From NCBI RefSeq assembly GCF_947568905.1, contig NC_079172.1, forward strand, positions 50,406,001-50,470,000: DNA of 64,000 bases. The letters run 5' to 3'. The notes below the pieces were generated by a model. The model ran no database searches. It saw only the letters and a list, made by a program, of their open reading frames with translations, and had not been told where the DNA came from. The position numbers and the translations under genes were made by a program. The DNA comes from Ostrea edulis. Lineage: Eukaryota. Shown piece after piece: positions 62,694 through 64,000 of the stretch; within the stretch, counting starts at the first letter, position 1, and the number at the start of each line of letters is the position of its first letter.

Positions 62694-64000
62694 TCATGCA
62701 TACACTTCATATGCATATTTATGCCATATTCTAGCTACATTGTAGATGTACATATGTCATATGTAATGGCTTTTTACTCTTCTATCTATTTGTATGCATT
62801 GTGAATTGCTCTAAAATACATATTGGAACAAATTCTATAGATACACTCAATGGCTGACCCCTAAAAGACTTCGAATTTTATTTTGAATACAACCATATCA
62901 TGCGTATATGCTTCTAAGTGAAGTAATAACAACTGATTTGTATGTTCTGTTCCTTTTTGAGATAAGAGTAAACTTTCTCAAGCACCACAAAGCACCCTTG
63001 GATATAAGAAATTCATGTTGTGTAAGTGATGGGCTATGTCCCATTCTTAAAGGAGATAATTAAGAAAAAGTGAAAGTAGGACAGGTTCATTTAAATATCA
63101 TCTGTAGAGCCTCTGGATGAGAAATAAGCATGGTGATTTACAGCTGATGTTACAGGGTGCTACTACATCAGTTGTAAGGTATGGTTTGATTCTTGGATAG
63201 AACACAGCCCAATAGGACTCAGTAATAACTGCCTGTCGTGTGGAAGGTTTCCTCACTATGCAAATTAGGAGGCATAGTTTGCCTGCTCTGGTAACATTCT
63301 GATTTCTAATCAATATATTAATTTTATTCCACATGAACAAAGTTTGGGGGAGGGATTGATTTCATTCAGTCCATCTGCATATGTCCGTCTTTAGAATACA
63401 TGCATTTTGTCTAGAGAACTGAGTCTGTTTATTTAATGTTTTCCAAATTTTGTGGAAATGTTGTATGGTATGAAAACCTGTGCAGCTGGTATTCTTAGAT
63501 CTGTTTTATTGTGAGAAAGTTAGGGTGATTTGTAGTTATTTGTTGTGAATATCCCCCCCCCCCCCCCCCCCCAACAACTTTTGGGGGTTTGTTGGTTTCA
63601 ACTTTCCTGAATCATGTCAACCATCCATCTGCTGTGGGGACAATTGATTTGTTTCACCTACAATATGTAGAGATATATTCAAGGTGGTGACCTAAGAGCT
63701 ATTCTGTGTTACTCATTGATTTGGACATTAATCTTTTCTTATAATATTACTCCATCTCTGAATATATCGGACGGGTGTATTTTGCAGTTTGAGCATTGCT
63801 TTTGTTCAAGTTGCAGTTACTGTAATGCATATAATATGTAATGTATAAAAAATATATGTATTGCAGCTGATAACAGCCAAGTTGATACAAGTGGGAAGCA
63901 ACATGCCGTCTAGTCCTGACAGCAGTTCAGATAGTTCTGCTGGTTCCCCTCATCACACATTTGATGGTCCTAATATAGAGGCAGAAAACTGTTTACCAGG
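44464..64000 (+). CDS. USP9X: Ubiquitin carboxyl-terminal hydrolase USP9X / fat facets orthologue, N-terminal ~1005 aa, continues beyond window
   Basis: Exons 44464-44794, 46150-46262, 48651-48763, 48860-48962, 49999-50114, 50237-50303, 52439-52623, 52928-53066, 53482-53634, 53726-53830, 55702-55800, 55988-56095, 56739-56855, 57565-57718, 58095-58182, 58364-58415, 58503-58574, 58664-58767, 58883-59000, 60205-60512, 60725-60962, 63867-64000. All GT-AG and phase-consistent (3017 nt). Hallmark peptides: [103 protein letters not shown]. Confidence 0.98.
45170..45435 (-). mobile_element. Degenerate tRNA-SINE (same family as 15580-16280)
   Basis: The reverse strand gives a tRNA-like head (GTGACCGGAAGGTCGGGAGTATGAGCCCC) and a body similar to 16080-16280. 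Confidence 0.5.
46944..48559 (+). mobile_element. HINE-like element with internal satellite-like blocks
   Basis: 5' GTCAC...CTCAGGTGACCTATTGC. 3' CATGTGACCGATAAGGCCTGTGGACCTTTTGTT. Internal duplicated block ACATCTTCTTTAGTG...AAAATTGT at ~47587 and ~48058. Confidence 0.55.
49068..49373. repeat. Intronic minisatellite, 24-bp unit, ~12 copies
   Basis: Unit AATATAAGTCCCATCAATCTGTGT. It explains the repetitive ORFs at 48980-49373. Confidence 0.95.
50955..51239. mobile_element. PIF/Harbinger-like MITE
   Basis: 22-bp TIR GGGC(G/A)ACTTCGGTTC(G/A)TACCCG. 3-bp TSD ATG (50952-54, 51240-42). Confidence 0.8.
54314..54679 (+). mobile_element. HINE/DINE-1-like non-autonomous Helentron
   Basis: Subterminal IR ATACCCCCCGC (54320-30) / GCGGGGGGTAT (54636-46), (GTCC)n microsatellite, 3' hairpin GTGAGC-ATT-GCTCAC (54652-66), T-rich insertion site. 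Confidence 0.85.
59409..60228 (+). repeat. 54-bp minisatellite spanning the USP9X intron 19/exon 20 junction (15 copies)
   Basis: Unit is 30 nt of intron end (ATAGATATATTGTTTTTGATCATGTGACAG) plus 24 nt of exon start (GTTGTGTTGTTAAGCCCTGATGAT). The last copy supplies the real acceptor at 60204. Confidence 0.95.
61825..62340. mobile_element. Kolobok-type non-autonomous element
   Basis: TTAA on both flanks (61821-24, 62341-44). TIR AGGGACTG(G/A)TT..GATTT matches at 16/19. Confidence 0.8.
62648..62690. repeat. (GA)n microsatellite
   Basis: Visible GA run. (TA)n runs also occur at ~4086-4105, ~4270-4315, ~29640-29686 and ~33939-33976. Confidence 0.95.

Overview
This is AT-rich eukaryotic genomic DNA with spliceosomal introns. 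The TE repertoire (Helentron/HINE-like elements with internal satellites, IS3EU-like, Kolobok-like, tRNA-SINEs) suggests a bivalve, probably an oyster; that assignment is inference. There are no prokaryote-type features. I reconstructed two multi-exon genes on the + strand by hand. (1) A 12-coding-exon, 820-aa MAP9/ASAP-like gene at 3408-18357; it needs one GC-AG intron to stay in frame. (2) The first 22 coding exons (~1005 aa) of a USP9X/fat facets deubiquitinase orthologue at 44464 to beyond 64000. Between them is a direct segmental duplication (~23752-30662 vs ~36610-39709) of an intronless orphan gene on the - strand. One copy is intact (296 aa) and the other carries two nonsense mutations. 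Each copy has accumulated different insertions, and the paralog supplies the empty site for each. Other elements are a decayed DD34E Tc1, a 5'-truncated hAT, two LINE fragments, SINEs, a solo LTR, MITEs and many minisatellites. The most unusual observations are: a 54-bp minisatellite built from a USP9X intron/exon junction (14 upstream decoy 3' splice sites, each followed by a stop); an unannotated Pax-like paired domain (PAI+RED) inside an inverted-repeat-bounded intronic element; and an IS3EU-type element filled with 21-bp palindromic modules. I do not see a clearly new multi-gene system; these are the best leads.
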